From positions 11,036,001 to 11,100,000 of the forward strand of contig NC_092672.1 of assembly GCF_964355755.1 (NCBI RefSeq): 64,000 nt of DNA, written 5' to 3'. The notes beneath the pieces were generated by a model that was given only the letters and a program-made list of their open reading frames with translations, was not told the DNA's origin and searched no databases. The position numbers and the translations under genes are program-made. This DNA comes from Antedon mediterranea. Lineage: Eukaryota; Animalia; Echinodermata. Below, piece after piece: positions 24,201-35,220 of the stretch (position 1 is the stretch's first letter; each line of letters begins with the position of its first letter).

Positions 24201-27200
24201 ATTTTTTTCCCTTTGTGAGCCAAACAGCAATTGTGAAACCAATAAATGGTGGAAAAATGTTGCCAAATTGGCGAATATATTACATCTCCGCCAGACGTGT
24301 CAAAAAGAAGCATGCAACGAACTGTGAATCAATCACGTGATAACCAGAATATGCGTTTATCAATTTTGGGGGGATCCAAGTTTTAACTAAATAAACGCTT
24401 TGATTACACAGTGGTTGAGACATGTTTTTAATAGTTATCTAGCTTAGTCCAACTTCGCAATCGATCGATGGCTGGTGGGGAAGTTCCTCGCGATAAGAAA
24501 TTGGCGAAAAAGGCTCATTTTAATATATAATTTTTATATCTTTAATGCCAGTGTAATTACGTATGGATAAAACAATTTAAAACTCAATGTTTTTCATCTG
24601 AAATAATATATTAACACACGCAATGTAGCAAATGTCAAACGTAATGTAACACGAAATAGTTTATTTCGATCTTGATTGTTTTTTACTTTAAAAAGGCCCT
24701 AGGCCTATGCTTAAAAAATCTAGGCCTACAGTATTTAATAAACTTTTGTTGAAACAATAGTTAAAGCTAGCATGAGCCTAGGGTGCTATGAAAAGTGTTT
24801 TTAAAACACATTTTTGGTCTGGGAAAAAAAAAAAATTTAATACCAACCTATCCATTTTTGGGATTTACCCAAAACATGGTTAACACAATATTTTTTTTTT
24901 GCATCATTAACCATTAAACAACATTTATAATATATAATTGTTGGAAAAGTGCGGTAAATCAATAAATAACATAAATATATTTACCTTGTAAAGTTGCAAG
25001 ATCTGCTTTTAATTCACTAACGTTTTGCTGATGCTCAAACTTTTGACGTTCATGATCTCCAACCAAGTTTTGATGCTCAACTTTATGTGTATCAAACTCT
25101 GCTTGAATTTCATCATGACGACTCTAGTGAAGAAAAAATATAATAAACATTTAATATAGAAAATTGACTTGACATTGGCTATGATGCGATTAAGACCTCA
25201 TTTACACCTACAGTTCGATTTAGGCCAGCCCAGACTCGGCAATTAATAAGTGTAAAAATCAGGTTAGGCCGACCCTGGGATTGTCTCTCAAGGTGGGTCC
25301 AGGAGAGGCTTTTACTTTTGGGTTAGCTTGTGCAGACCAATAGCTTAAGAAAATAAGTAAATGAATCCCATGGGCCATTGTTTGGAACTCAAGTGTAAAC
25401 AAGCAAGATCAGGCCCTGATTTGGAACTGATCCTGGAGAGGCCCAAGACTCAATCGTAAGTGAAATGGGTCATTCATACTTTTGTAATGAAAAAATGTAA
25501 AGGTTTGTTGATATAGATACCACAATCACTTAAATAAATCTAGTTTCCATGGGGAATAGGCACATGTGGGTATCGACAGGAATTATGAGAGGAGATATAC
25601 AGGTTTATTTATATACAAATAATGAAGGTTTGAGTTGAATGGGTAGAATACTTGGAATGATTGAGACTGTTGATTAGAACAATATGACAAGTCATGGTGC
25701 AGATCAATTATGGTGTCGATCAATTATGGTGTCGTATGAGAATTGCAGTGTGCCAAGACTATTGAATAGAACTATTGAATAGAACCATTGAATATCACTT
25801 TTACCATTCAATGGAATGTATTCCAATTTACTGTATTTTACTTACCTTAAGCATTTTATGTTGTGCATTTAAGCTATTGTATTTATTTAAAGATTCTTGC
25901 TGGAAATAAAAAAAAAATGTGTTAGAAAATATTTTTTACAGAAACAGTTGGTAAACTGTACAATGAAAACATTCAAATGAGTCGGTACGAAGCCTTAGTG
26001 TTGTGTTTGAATTAAATTTACATAACTAATTATGTCCAGAAGGCCTTAATATAATACTGGTGAAAAATATCGGTCCAAATTTGTAATGCTACTTAATATA
26101 GATCAATAAAAAATCTTGAATCTTTAAGAAAATGGTATGATACACTTTGTACATGTATTACAGTAGCTCATGGATGTAACGTGTGCATAATGTCATGGTT
26201 GCTGCCACAAAATAGCCACTAGTGTAAAAATGCTTACCTTAAGCTTACTCATTTCTACATCATTATCTAAAAACAAAAGAGAAGAAACCAAATTTAGAAT
26301 TAACAAATTAATTCTCATGGATGCACTAATTATAATCTAAACATTAAAAATCCCCCTAACTTCTTCAATTCACTTCCTTCCATCATTAAGCATTAAAAAA
26401 TATATTGATTCCCGGTGAGATAAATAACATTGAAAAACACTAGAAGCCTATTGCATGGAAGGCAACAATTTTCTGGTTAAATGTAACTGTTTAATGTTTT
26501 TTTATTGGTAAAATCATGGTTATTTTTTTCGGCAATCATTATTTTTATTTATTAAAACTACAATACCAGTGGTCTAGTCAAAGTTTGATATCATTCATCT
26601 TTATTTTCATGTTTTGGAGGAAAATGCATCTTCAATTAAAGCTATAACCACCAACTTGCAATTAGTGAATTGTGATGTCAAAGAAGTTGTTGCCAACTTC
26701 TGAATTAGGATTTGTAATTCGCATGTAAAATGATTCAATATCATCACTACACACTCAACACTTTAATTCTTACGTAAGCCCACACCTCAAATTCTTTGGT
26801 CAATGGGAGGACGAGGCAAGATGAGCTTTAGATAATACTATTACTATGCACTTGTTAATTGTTTGACCCACTATACGACCCCCGTATACTGACACAGGGG
26901 TGCGTCAAAAAACCTAGAAGGTACGTCACATCAATGAACGATGGTGTGTTAATGTCCGTCACTTTACCACTAAAAATATCATAAAAAACATGGTCACAGT
27001 GCGTCAAAATGGGTGCGTCATGGTCACCTAAAGGTAGGTCACATTTTTTACGCACAGGTCCGTCATGGTATTCATAAGGTATGACGCATATCGGACAACT
27101 GACGCATCTCTCCCGGAGTCGTATAGTGGGTCATACAATTGACAAGTGCATTACAACCACTCACCTTCTTTTGTACGTTTATGATCAGATTTCTCCTTTT

Positions 27201-28125
27201 GCAAAATCTTTTCTAACCGTGATCGATGTTCATATACAACTGAAAAAAAAATTCTTAATACATTACAAGATCCTCCAACAGTATCAGAGAGCAAAATGAA
27301 ATTCAGATTAGGCCCTCTAGGAGGGATTAGGGATATAGTTGAATTTTTTTTTTTTTAACTAGGCCTACAGACAGTAGCTACTACTTTGACCGTCAAAATC
27401 CTTATCTCTCTGATCAAACATAAATTGTTTAAATAATAATATTTAATTATTATAATATTTTTATTCTTATGCAATGAAATTTATCCATAAAAAAACGTTA
27501 TATCACTTATATCAATCAAATTCAAAGCTCTGGTTTTAATCAAGTACTGAAAATACCTTTTTTGAAATTTTTATCATTCAAAATCAAATGAAAAAATGTA
27601 CTTAGGCTAGTAAATTAAGTAGTAGGCCTAGAGTCGTACCAATAGTACTAATATTAATAACTAAACCTTTTAAAAAGGCCTAACAGTAACACTCTGTGAC
27701 TAGGCCTAGAGGCCTAGGTAGGCCCTCTAGCTAGTTAGGCTAGGCCTAGGCTATTCGGTGAAAAAGATAAGGAAAATTGTTAAAGAAATTGAAAATATTA
27801 AAATAATCTTTAGCTAGGCCTAGGCCTGGTCTTTCTTGCCTAGCTCTCTATAAAGTGTGCCCTATGATTGATTGATCCCTCCTTTATATGAAAGGCCACC
27901 CTCCTAGGCTAGGCCTAGCTTTTGACTCGGTAACTGGAGCATCGGAGTACCTTGTAACTGGGCTGTGAGTGACTCCTGTTGCTGTTGGTACTGTGTGGAC
28001 CTTGCTCGAGCTTCTTCTAAAGTATTTCGTAATTGATAGTGTATAAAACATCCATAGCCAAAACAAATAAATACAAATACTATAAAAATTGTTTGGGGCA
28101 TGCTTTTTGTTCGTCTAGAATGCAT
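12294..28125 (-). CDS. GOLIM4: Golgi integral membrane protein 4 (GPP130) orthologue, 15 coding exons, ~760 aa
   Basis: Exons in transcript order: 28125-27951, 27239-27165, 26266-26238, 25899-25846, 25123-24985, 23328-23162, 22806-22744, 22384-21308, 21001-20886, 20754-20576, 18306-18242, 18098-18050, 13862-13831, 12897-12856, 12314-12294. All introns are GT-AG with matching phases; total 2283 nt. The N-terminus MHSRRTKSMPQTIFIVFVFICFGYG...YQQQQESLTAQLQVVYEHRSRLEKILQKE...KYNSLNAQHKMLK matches the GOLIM4 signal anchor and coiled coil as I recall them, followed by a long E/Q/D-rich luminal tail. Confidence 0.9.
14845..16943. repeat. ~100-bp minisatellite, ~21 copies, in GOLIM4 intron 12
   Basis: Unit gaaatagtgatgctaatatgccacctatgaaggagatgagactgttgatgatgttgatatcatttgttctgatggtaggtgtaacactactatgatgata. 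The period is exactly 100 at 15721/15821/15921/16021, with slightly shorter or longer variants elsewhere. Confidence 0.97.
17106..17485. mobile_element. MITE family D (TIR AGAGAGGTTTCGCAA), internally deleted copy
   Basis: TIRs agagaggtttcgcaa / ttgcgaaacctccct; the interior is colinear with the copy at 49298-49799. Confidence 0.8.
17806..18076 (-). repeat. Tandem 75-81-bp duplications of the GOLIM4 exon-12 3' end plus its splice donor
   Basis: AACTTACC (G|GTAAGTT on the - strand) recurs at 17806, 17881, 17962 and 18043, each with the exon-derived ACATCTTGGTT motif. Confidence 0.9.
19520..19680. repeat. Dispersed repeat fragment, second copy at ~29070-29222
   Basis: Near-identical cagggttacatcaggtggttaaaatcagtaccgaaagtacgaaccaactttatatac...gatttaccgaattttg in both places. 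Confidence 0.75.
20277..20348 (+). pseudogene. tRNA-Asp-like pseudogene / SINE head
   Basis: Cloverleaf stems: acceptor GCCCCAG/TTGGGGC, D stem GTCT/GGAC, anticodon stem TCTGC/GCAGG with loop ATATCAA (ATC), T stem CCGAG/CTCGG. The T-loop is mutated (TTTGAGT). T6 terminator at 20351. Confidence 0.6.
21308..22384 (-). CDS. GOLIM4: GOLIM4 large exon 8 (Q/E/K/R-rich luminal region, 359 codons)
   Basis: Overlaps ORF 21269..22324. Acceptor TTTTATAG and donor CAG|GTACGT; phase 0-0. Confidence 0.88.
24128..24904. mobile_element. Putative non-autonomous DNA transposon in a GOLIM4 intron
   Basis: Imperfect terminal inverted repeats gcaaaaaaagaaaaaaatattgtgtt / aacacaatatttttttttgc. Confidence 0.45.
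26846..27151. mobile_element. MITE with ~30-bp TIRs beside the GOLIM4 exon-2 donor
   Basis: atgcacttgttaattgtttgacccactatacgac / gtcgtatagtgggtcatacaattgacaagtgcat; ends about a dozen bp from the exon boundary. Confidence 0.75.
27951..28125 (-). CDS. GOLIM4: GOLIM4 first coding exon (cytosolic tail, TM anchor, start of coiled coil)
   Basis: ATG at 28125, hydrophobic TIFIVFVFICFGYGCFI segment, donor G|GTACTC at 27950. Confidence 0.9.
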
Positions 28126-28274
28126 GATGGATAAATAAAGCCAAAGTACTCATCAAAATACACAGGTTTTATACAGCGTCTTTCCCAGGGATTCTTGTAT
28201 AAATTTCAACCATTATTGACGGTCACTCTCACACAGAGCAGATTCAATGAAAACATTGTACACGTTGACAGCAG

Positions 28275-28287
28275 AGGTCATAGGTCA
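28275..28287 (+). promoter_or_regulatory. Perfect DR1 nuclear-receptor element upstream of GOLIM4
   Basis: AGGTCA-T-AGGTCA, 150 bp upstream of the GOLIM4 ATG. Function is inferred only. Confidence 0.4.
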
Positions 28288-29802
28288 TACTTAAATTGAA
28301 TACTACAGTACTGCACATGCGTAAAACATATAATAGCTTTTTCTAAAAACTTTTTAAAACATACCGTGAGATTTCGTTGTAGGCTAGCCTACAGAGTAGT
28401 ATATTTTTATGATTTGTATAAATCGTATTTCTAAAGTGCTATAATGCAGAAACTCATAGCTTTAATTCCGCCCTGATATTAGACAATATTATATTTATTC
28501 CTCTTATTATTATTCCGTTCCATTCATTTTATTTTTTATTCTAAATTTGTTGTGCTTTTCTTTCTTTTATTTACCCAAAAATAAATTATAGGCTAAATAC
28601 TGTAAACATAAATAAAAACAACATGGTTAAGAAAATCAACCAATATGTTTGCATATCCGATGTACAGTATGATACTAACATAATAAATAATTTTAACAAT
28701 TCTGTATACAGTTTAAAATAATGTTTAACATTTTTGGGCAAATAAAGATTAAATTTATTTATGTATTTCAACAAACAATAAAAATAAAATTAAAATAATT
28801 ATAATTTATAAAGATAAAATAAAGCACAAACCATTTAGAATCAAAAATTAAATAAATTAAATTGGCCCTTTCAGCAGAAAAGATAAGAAAAAGGAAGTAA
28901 CTAAGGTTTGCGGCACCTGTGAAATAAAGTTGAGAATGTTGAGACTTTATGCTACTTTTTTTTAGAAACACGTGTATGCACATTTTAAATATCTTACTAC
29001 ACTTATTCTATGTATTTATTTTCTGTGTTTCAAATATCAAAATTAATGTGTAGCATGTATATTGAATCTAATTATCTAACTCAATTTAATTAATAAACAG
29101 GGTTACATCAGGTGGTTAAAATCAGTACCGAAAGTACGAACCAACTTTATATACAATCGAGTAAACATTATAGAAATAACGCGCGATTTACCGAATTTTG
29201 CCCTTACGTAAATTTATGTAGATGATGTTAGGTTACACCACAAAAGAGAAAAAAACACGTGTATCGCAACCCTTAGCCTACTTTACATGACGATTGGTGA
29301 TCTTTATCTATGTCATGTGTACTTTCATCATCATGATCAGAGTTATGTTCCCACGAACGAGCGATCGATGACAAATCGTAACACTGCCTATACGATTGTT
29401 GAGATGTGTGATATTCGCAAATTATTTACAAGTTGGATTAACACATAGAACATGAGTGTGGAAACTGTTTGATCGTTTACAATTATTGATTATTAAATAT
29501 TATTGAACAAATGACGTAGTTTTTCCTTATAAGGAAAAAAGCTTAAATTATAAAAGCTATTGTCCCAAGTGTTAAAGATTAGATAACTGTAAAATCACAA
29601 TTACATTTGAACTGTTATATATTGCGTAATTCTGTTTGCAGGAGTAAAATTTGTTCAGATGCGCGCAAGGAAAAGGAGAAACAGGTGATTGATCAGGTAC
29701 AATCAAGTATAAAGCAAAGTGACATTGGGAGCGCATGTTTGTTTGTTTATTGTTTTTTTATATTTTTGTATTTAGAACTTACTATAAATCTAATATAATA
29801 TA

Positions 29803-30374
29803 ATTTATATTGATCATACATTCCAATAATTATCGATCTATAGTTTCCCCTATGTTTCATAATTTTTGGGATTTTATTTGTGTTACACGAGCTTGTTGAA
29901 AATAAGCACTTTCTTATCAGTGGGGGGATAGTTCAAATTACACAGTAAAATCTCTATTCTTTTGTACACAAATTTGGTAAATAGAGAGGCATTTTAAAAA
30001 GCTATGAAAAATAAATAGTGTGGTAAAAAATGTTATCAGATGACTAAATATAGGTAATATAACTTGAATATTACATTTCTGATATTTTTATTCAACTTCA
30101 GATTTTTATTTTCATGCTATGGCAAAAATTATCCACCGTATATCCACCATCTTTTTTCACCGTCTAGGGAGTCACCAGACATGTTATTACGTTAGGTTAA
30201 CTACCTAACTACTGAAAAAAAGTCTTCCTGGTTTTTATGGACAATTTTGCAAATTTTTGTATTTGACCATATTAAGGGAAATTCATGTTTTTTCGTCTCG
30301 ATTTCTGTTACAAATATTTGATTTATGTACAATTAACCAATATTATATTTAAAATTCATGCCTGTACCTAAGAT
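29803..30374 (+). mobile_element. Copy of ~600-bp TTAA-flanked non-autonomous element (Kolobok-like), left end lost
   Basis: Colinear with 42729-43185 and with the reverse complement of 51345-51938. Confidence 0.75.
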
Positions 30375-30524
30375 TTAATACAAAATAAAAATAAAAATAT
30401 ATTAATAATAAGACACATTGTACAGATACAGATTAATCTTATTATCCAATATAATGGAAATTACAATGCTCATATCTTGGCTTTACTTAAGTAAAATTTA
30501 ATGGAAAAAAGAACAAATATGTTG

Positions 30525-30838
30525 TTATAATTTCGTACCCCAGATGGGTATAACGAGTACTTGATGGTAATTATTCGTCTGCGCATTCACCGTCCTCATC
30601 CTACCACTACTAGTACTGAGGATAACGGAGCCGCTAATGTGGTGATGGAGAGGATGGTTGGTGTCTTCCAATATGGCATGGAACACATCGGCAAGCCGTT
30701 CGCTGTAGAAAGAGTCAAGCGTTTGCACAGACGAACCAATTTTTCCCCCCACTCTACCCAGCTCAATTCGGTATTTATCCCCTTACTGATATTCCCAGCC
30801 CAGCCCAACATACAACATCCCCAAATAGATAGCATCAC
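30525..30838 (-). mobile_element. Degenerate 3' fragment of a LINE ORF2 (L2/Rex-like C-terminus)
   Basis: Frameshifted pieces ...GWAGNISK... and ...ILEDTNHPLHH...SSGRMRTVNAQTN resemble the post-RT region of L2/Rex elements. Confidence 0.55.
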
Positions 30839-31123
30839 TATAAAATATTCTAAAAATTAACAGTTACTATTTTATTTTATTTATTTATTTTTATTTTCAA
30901 TCTTTCTACATAGCAAAAAAAAAAACAAACATATAAGTATAACAGGAGAGTAGCGGAAAAGCAAAAGTATAAAACTGTCATCTTGTGATGTGCTTGACCA
31001 GCCCCTGTCAACTTGAACGATACAATAAAACCGACATTTAACAAATTTAGAAAAATACATAGAAAAATATGGTATAATAAAATGTTAACAAACGTGTTAT
31101 AAAAATGCAATTGCTATCTGAAC

Positions 31124-31316
31124 AATCTGATTGTGTAAAAGTTAAAAATTCTGATTGTATAAAAGTTAACAATTTTGATTGTATAAAAGTAAAAAATTCT
31201 GATTGTATGAAAGTTAAAAATTCTGATTGTATAAAAGTTAAAAATTCTGATTGTAAAAATGTTAAAAATTCTGATTGTACAAAAGTTAAAAATTCTGATT
31301 GTATAAAAGTTAAAAA
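31124..31316. repeat. 21-bp minisatellite, ~9 copies
   Basis: Unit ttctgattgtataaaagttaaaaa-like; it generates the spurious ORF 31105..31356. Confidence 0.9.
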
Positions 31317-32395
31317 GTTAAAAATTCAGAGAGGTACAATCATTAAAAGTCTATAAAATGTTGCTTTAAACTGTGTTTAAACTTAAAAAACGACTCTCCA
31401 ATAAGATTGTTTCTGAATGTAGCACCAAGTTCTGAAAACATTTTAGGAAACTGTACTATCCCTGAGTATTTAAAAGCATCAGTACGAGCTCTACCATGAT
31501 GAAAGGTGAGTATATCTAGGTGTCGGTTATTAACTAAAAAAGAATCAACATATTCACTAATAAAATCAGATCGTGGAAAAATTATTATATTTGAAATGAA
31601 TATCATGTTTAAGAACTCACGCCTATTCCCTATATTATAACGTTCAGTGATATCTCCGTGAATACAAAGTAACGATAAGTTAATTGTGACTACGAGAAAG
31701 TTTAAGCTATCAGCTCTCTATTTTTGAGTTACCACCATTTTCTCGTTAATCCAGCAGTCAATCTTTAAACATTCATTATTTGTATACTAAAAGACGGAAC
31801 TGAACAACATACTAAAATTAGTGAAACATGTTAAAGACATTTTAGAAATGAAAGATGAGCAGAACACATAACCAGAATGACAATGGACAAATGAATCACA
31901 GAATGACAACTACGAAGAAGGTGAAGTGACGACATCAAGAAGAGAGATGTCTGTGAGTACTGCGAACTGTCGATTGCTTCACAGAGAAGAGAAATTGGAA
32001 AATTAATGCTTAAGCAGTGGATTACATTTCAATGATGATGATAATATTACATTGTATATTATAATTTTAATACATTTTAGATAGAGAAATATTTAGGGAA
32101 AACATTCCCACGACAAAATGTTGATAACCTGTATTCAGAATAAACCATCGATTATCAATTTAACCGATAACCGATGTTTTGTGTTCAGATTATCTTACAA
32201 CACAATAGAGTTGTTAATTGGTATTTGATGTTTAATCGCATACAATAATTCTTGTACATTTAATCAATGTAATCGATAATAATGCCATATAGTAAGGTGG
32301 ACAATGCGACCAAAGTTATTTTCATTTTCGGTCAATGCAAAAAGGTAGGTATGTAGCCTAGAACATTTTCTGAATTTGAGCGCTTATAAAATGGT

Positions 32396-32620
32396 AAAAT
32401 GGCGTTGGGCGGGACGCCTTGCAAGAAGGATGACAACAGGTGGGCAAAACGTATGACAGACTGGCAACCAAGAACCGGCACAAGAAAAAGGGGAAGGCAG
32501 AAACGGCGATGGAGGGACGACATTACAAAGTATGCAGGAGGCACCACGTGGGCGAGGATAGCACAGAACAGATGGGATTGGCAGAAGCATGAGGAGGGCT
32601 ACATCCGACAGGGGATGATA
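32396..32620 (+). mobile_element. 3' fragment of an RTE-clade LINE
   Basis: KWRWAGRLAR / DDNRWAKRMTDWQPRTGTRKRGRQKRRWRDDI...WARIAQNRWDW is the characteristic RTE C-terminal signature. A more decayed relative lies at ~31850-32025. Confidence 0.8.
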
Positions 32621-32730
32621 CATCTAAACTTAACTGAAAATCACTAGTCAAGATCCACAAGATTACGCGCGCGTACAAAAGCCACGCGATTTATATTATT
32701 TAGAACGTCGTATGAACGTCGTACGTGTAA

Positions 32731-33450
32731 AGGCCCATTCACACTAGGACGATAACGATCGACGATAAATAGACAAATGTGTATTTTTTATACATAAAAC
32801 AAACGAAATATAAAAACTTTTCATTCTAGAAAAGGTAAAGGTAAAGTCGAAACCTAAGCTAATGCTAACGGCCGTGGTGCCCATCTCCATTTCTTTAGCG
32901 TTTGAGCCAAACTCCACTAAGTGTGTATGTTTGTGGGGGGGGGGGGCTACGCCACTCCTCCCGCCGCACAAACGAGTCTGATTTACCTTCCCAGTACTGT
33001 TTACATACCGGTACCCATTTCTATCACCTGGGTGGGGAGGAACAATGTGGATAAAGAAACTTGCTCAAGGACTCAACACTGCAGTGACCGAGCCGGGGCT
33101 TGAACCGACAACCTCTTGATTGCAAGTCTAACCATTGTGCCACAGTGCTCCACAATTCTAGGACTATAGTATAATTATTATTTATGTTGTCTTTGATCCA
33201 ATCCAATCGTCCAATCAAATGACGTCATGATTAGTAAGAGCAATAATATCGTGACAATACAACGATGTTATTGTTTTTATTTATCATGACGTCATTTGAT
33301 TGGAATTTTTAAAATATTATTTTTATCAAAGACAGCATATCATATAGACCTAAAACGAAAACCTTTCTAATTTTTGTTTTTGTTTATGTATAAAAAATGC
33401 ATGCTTATATATTTATCGTCGATCATTATCGTCATAGTGTAAATGGGCCT
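32731..33450. mobile_element. Palindromic Harbinger-like MITE interrupted by a SINE
   Basis: ~90-bp TIRs aggcccattcacactaggacgataacgatcgacgataaat / atttatcgtcgatcattatcgtcatagtgtaaatgggcct, with TAA/TTA flanks. Confidence 0.8.
32830..33154 (-). mobile_element. tRNA-derived SINE
   Basis: On the - strand: A box tggcacaatggttag, B box ggttcaagccc, core gtccttgagcaag...cacccaggtg...aatgggtacc, (TTTACC)n tail. 7-bp TSD ATTCTAG at 32823-32829 and 33155-33161. Confidence 0.85.
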
Positions 33451-35220
33451 TTAAGCTTGTGCCATGATCAGTGTGACGTGCGCGTAAAAAAGACAAGCCA
33501 TTGTACCATACAAAAATACACATACTGACAATATCTAGATTGTTATACTTTTTAAAGTTTTAGAGATTCACTCAACTTATTATTACATAACTAATTTTGA
33601 ATACATTGATTAATTTGTAATCAATCCATTTTTGTTTCTCTTATGTTTTTTCATACTGTACATAAACACCATATGCACCGAACATAAATTCTAAACCGCC
33701 TGGTGATGTGCTGACAACTAATTATATAATATAAATATATATTTCTTTTTATAAATTAAGTTTTCCATTAAAAAAAAAATTGTGTCTATTGTGTACGGTA
33801 ATAAAGAACAGAACGGCACCATGTTATAATTACTTACAAACATATTTTTACTGTTTTTATTACAATAATCAAATATTGATAAAAGTTTGCGGTACACCAC
33901 GTATTATATAGTTATGAAAATAAATTACGTTTCGATCAAAATACTCATGAGGACGATCAAAGTAGCCTATTTTGATCGAAACTTCGAGAAACTTAACAGT
34001 TCTTTTCAGAACTAATGTGGTGTAGCGCAAACTTTATATCAACATTTGATTTCGCCACGCAAACCTTCAAACAATAATAATCAAATGACGTTAATCCAGG
34101 ATAAAAACGATAAGAATATTTCTATAAATGTTTGTAAAATAGCCCTAGTCATTCATCAAAATAAGTTAGGTGTATACAATTTGATTCTCAACGGAAGTAC
34201 GTAACTTTCCAATCACAAGCGGTCATCGCGTCATGATTGGTCAACTTACTTTATGATGAGGTAACGTCCTTAAGCTTGATTTCCACTACTAGGACGCAAC
34301 GAAAAAACGTAAACGTGACAAGCAACAGTTCGAGTAATCTATTGCTGTGATTGGTCAACTCACTTACGTGGCGTTACGTCCTTGTGTTGCGTCTCTAGTG
34401 GGAACCAAGCATTAGTATTCACTATAACTTCGATGGAAAACATTTTGTTTTTGCCGTTTTCCTGTAGTATAGAGGCAAGTACACTCCTAAACTAAAATAG
34501 AAAGTTATAATACGCAATTCCGGCCGGACAAGGATCAGAACGTGTCCAGTTTGTGACGAAAAAGGTTAAAAGAAGCAGGTGTTTTGATCACCAAAAAATA
34601 CAGGGTAATCAATAGGCATTATAACGAGTATTAAACTAAGTGCGATTAGTCTTGGTTTGGGGTGTTTCCCGATTTCTAGAACTAATAGGCTGCTATATGA
34701 AAATGATAACAATGATTGATGATCGCAACAACTTGTTAAACAAATTTCAAAAAAAGATAAAAATTACAATCACAATTCGCATAGTGTAGTAACAGTAATT
34801 ATATCAATATTGAAATGTTTTAGTAATTAGTTTATTAATTTTTTATTAATAAAAAGTTATTTCCCAGACGGCTCACTTTCAGACTACTATCGATTAACGG
34901 ATGTTGATCGATCAGAGATTTAGCTTCAGATTGATGTACACAACAATGATGTATTTTATTACTTGTTAGTTGATGCATTATAATCCTTGATCGATAAATC
35001 AATAATTGTAATCGATAATGATGCATATAGTACGATGGACAATTCGACAAAATTCATTTTCATTTTGGGCTCAAAGCAAAAAGGTAGGTAGAACATTTTT
35101 TTAACATTCAAAGTAAACACGCAGCGACACAAAGTTGATGCTATTATTAGCATTGTATGAACGACGTGGGTATGTTTGTGTCAGTTCGCTCGAGTAAAAT
35201 CATAATAACAATGTAGGCCT

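Noticed and set aside
29659-29684. Candidate upstream ATG exon (MRARKRRNR) for the lectin-SRCR gene
   Set aside because: Unnecessary: an in-frame ATG at 38220 with A at -3 gives a complete signal peptide; the donor GTGATT is weak.
31343-31700. 87-aa - strand ORF as a gene
   Set aside because: Looks like a decayed LINE ORF2 3' end (FKHSLKQHF-type terminus); too degraded to classify.
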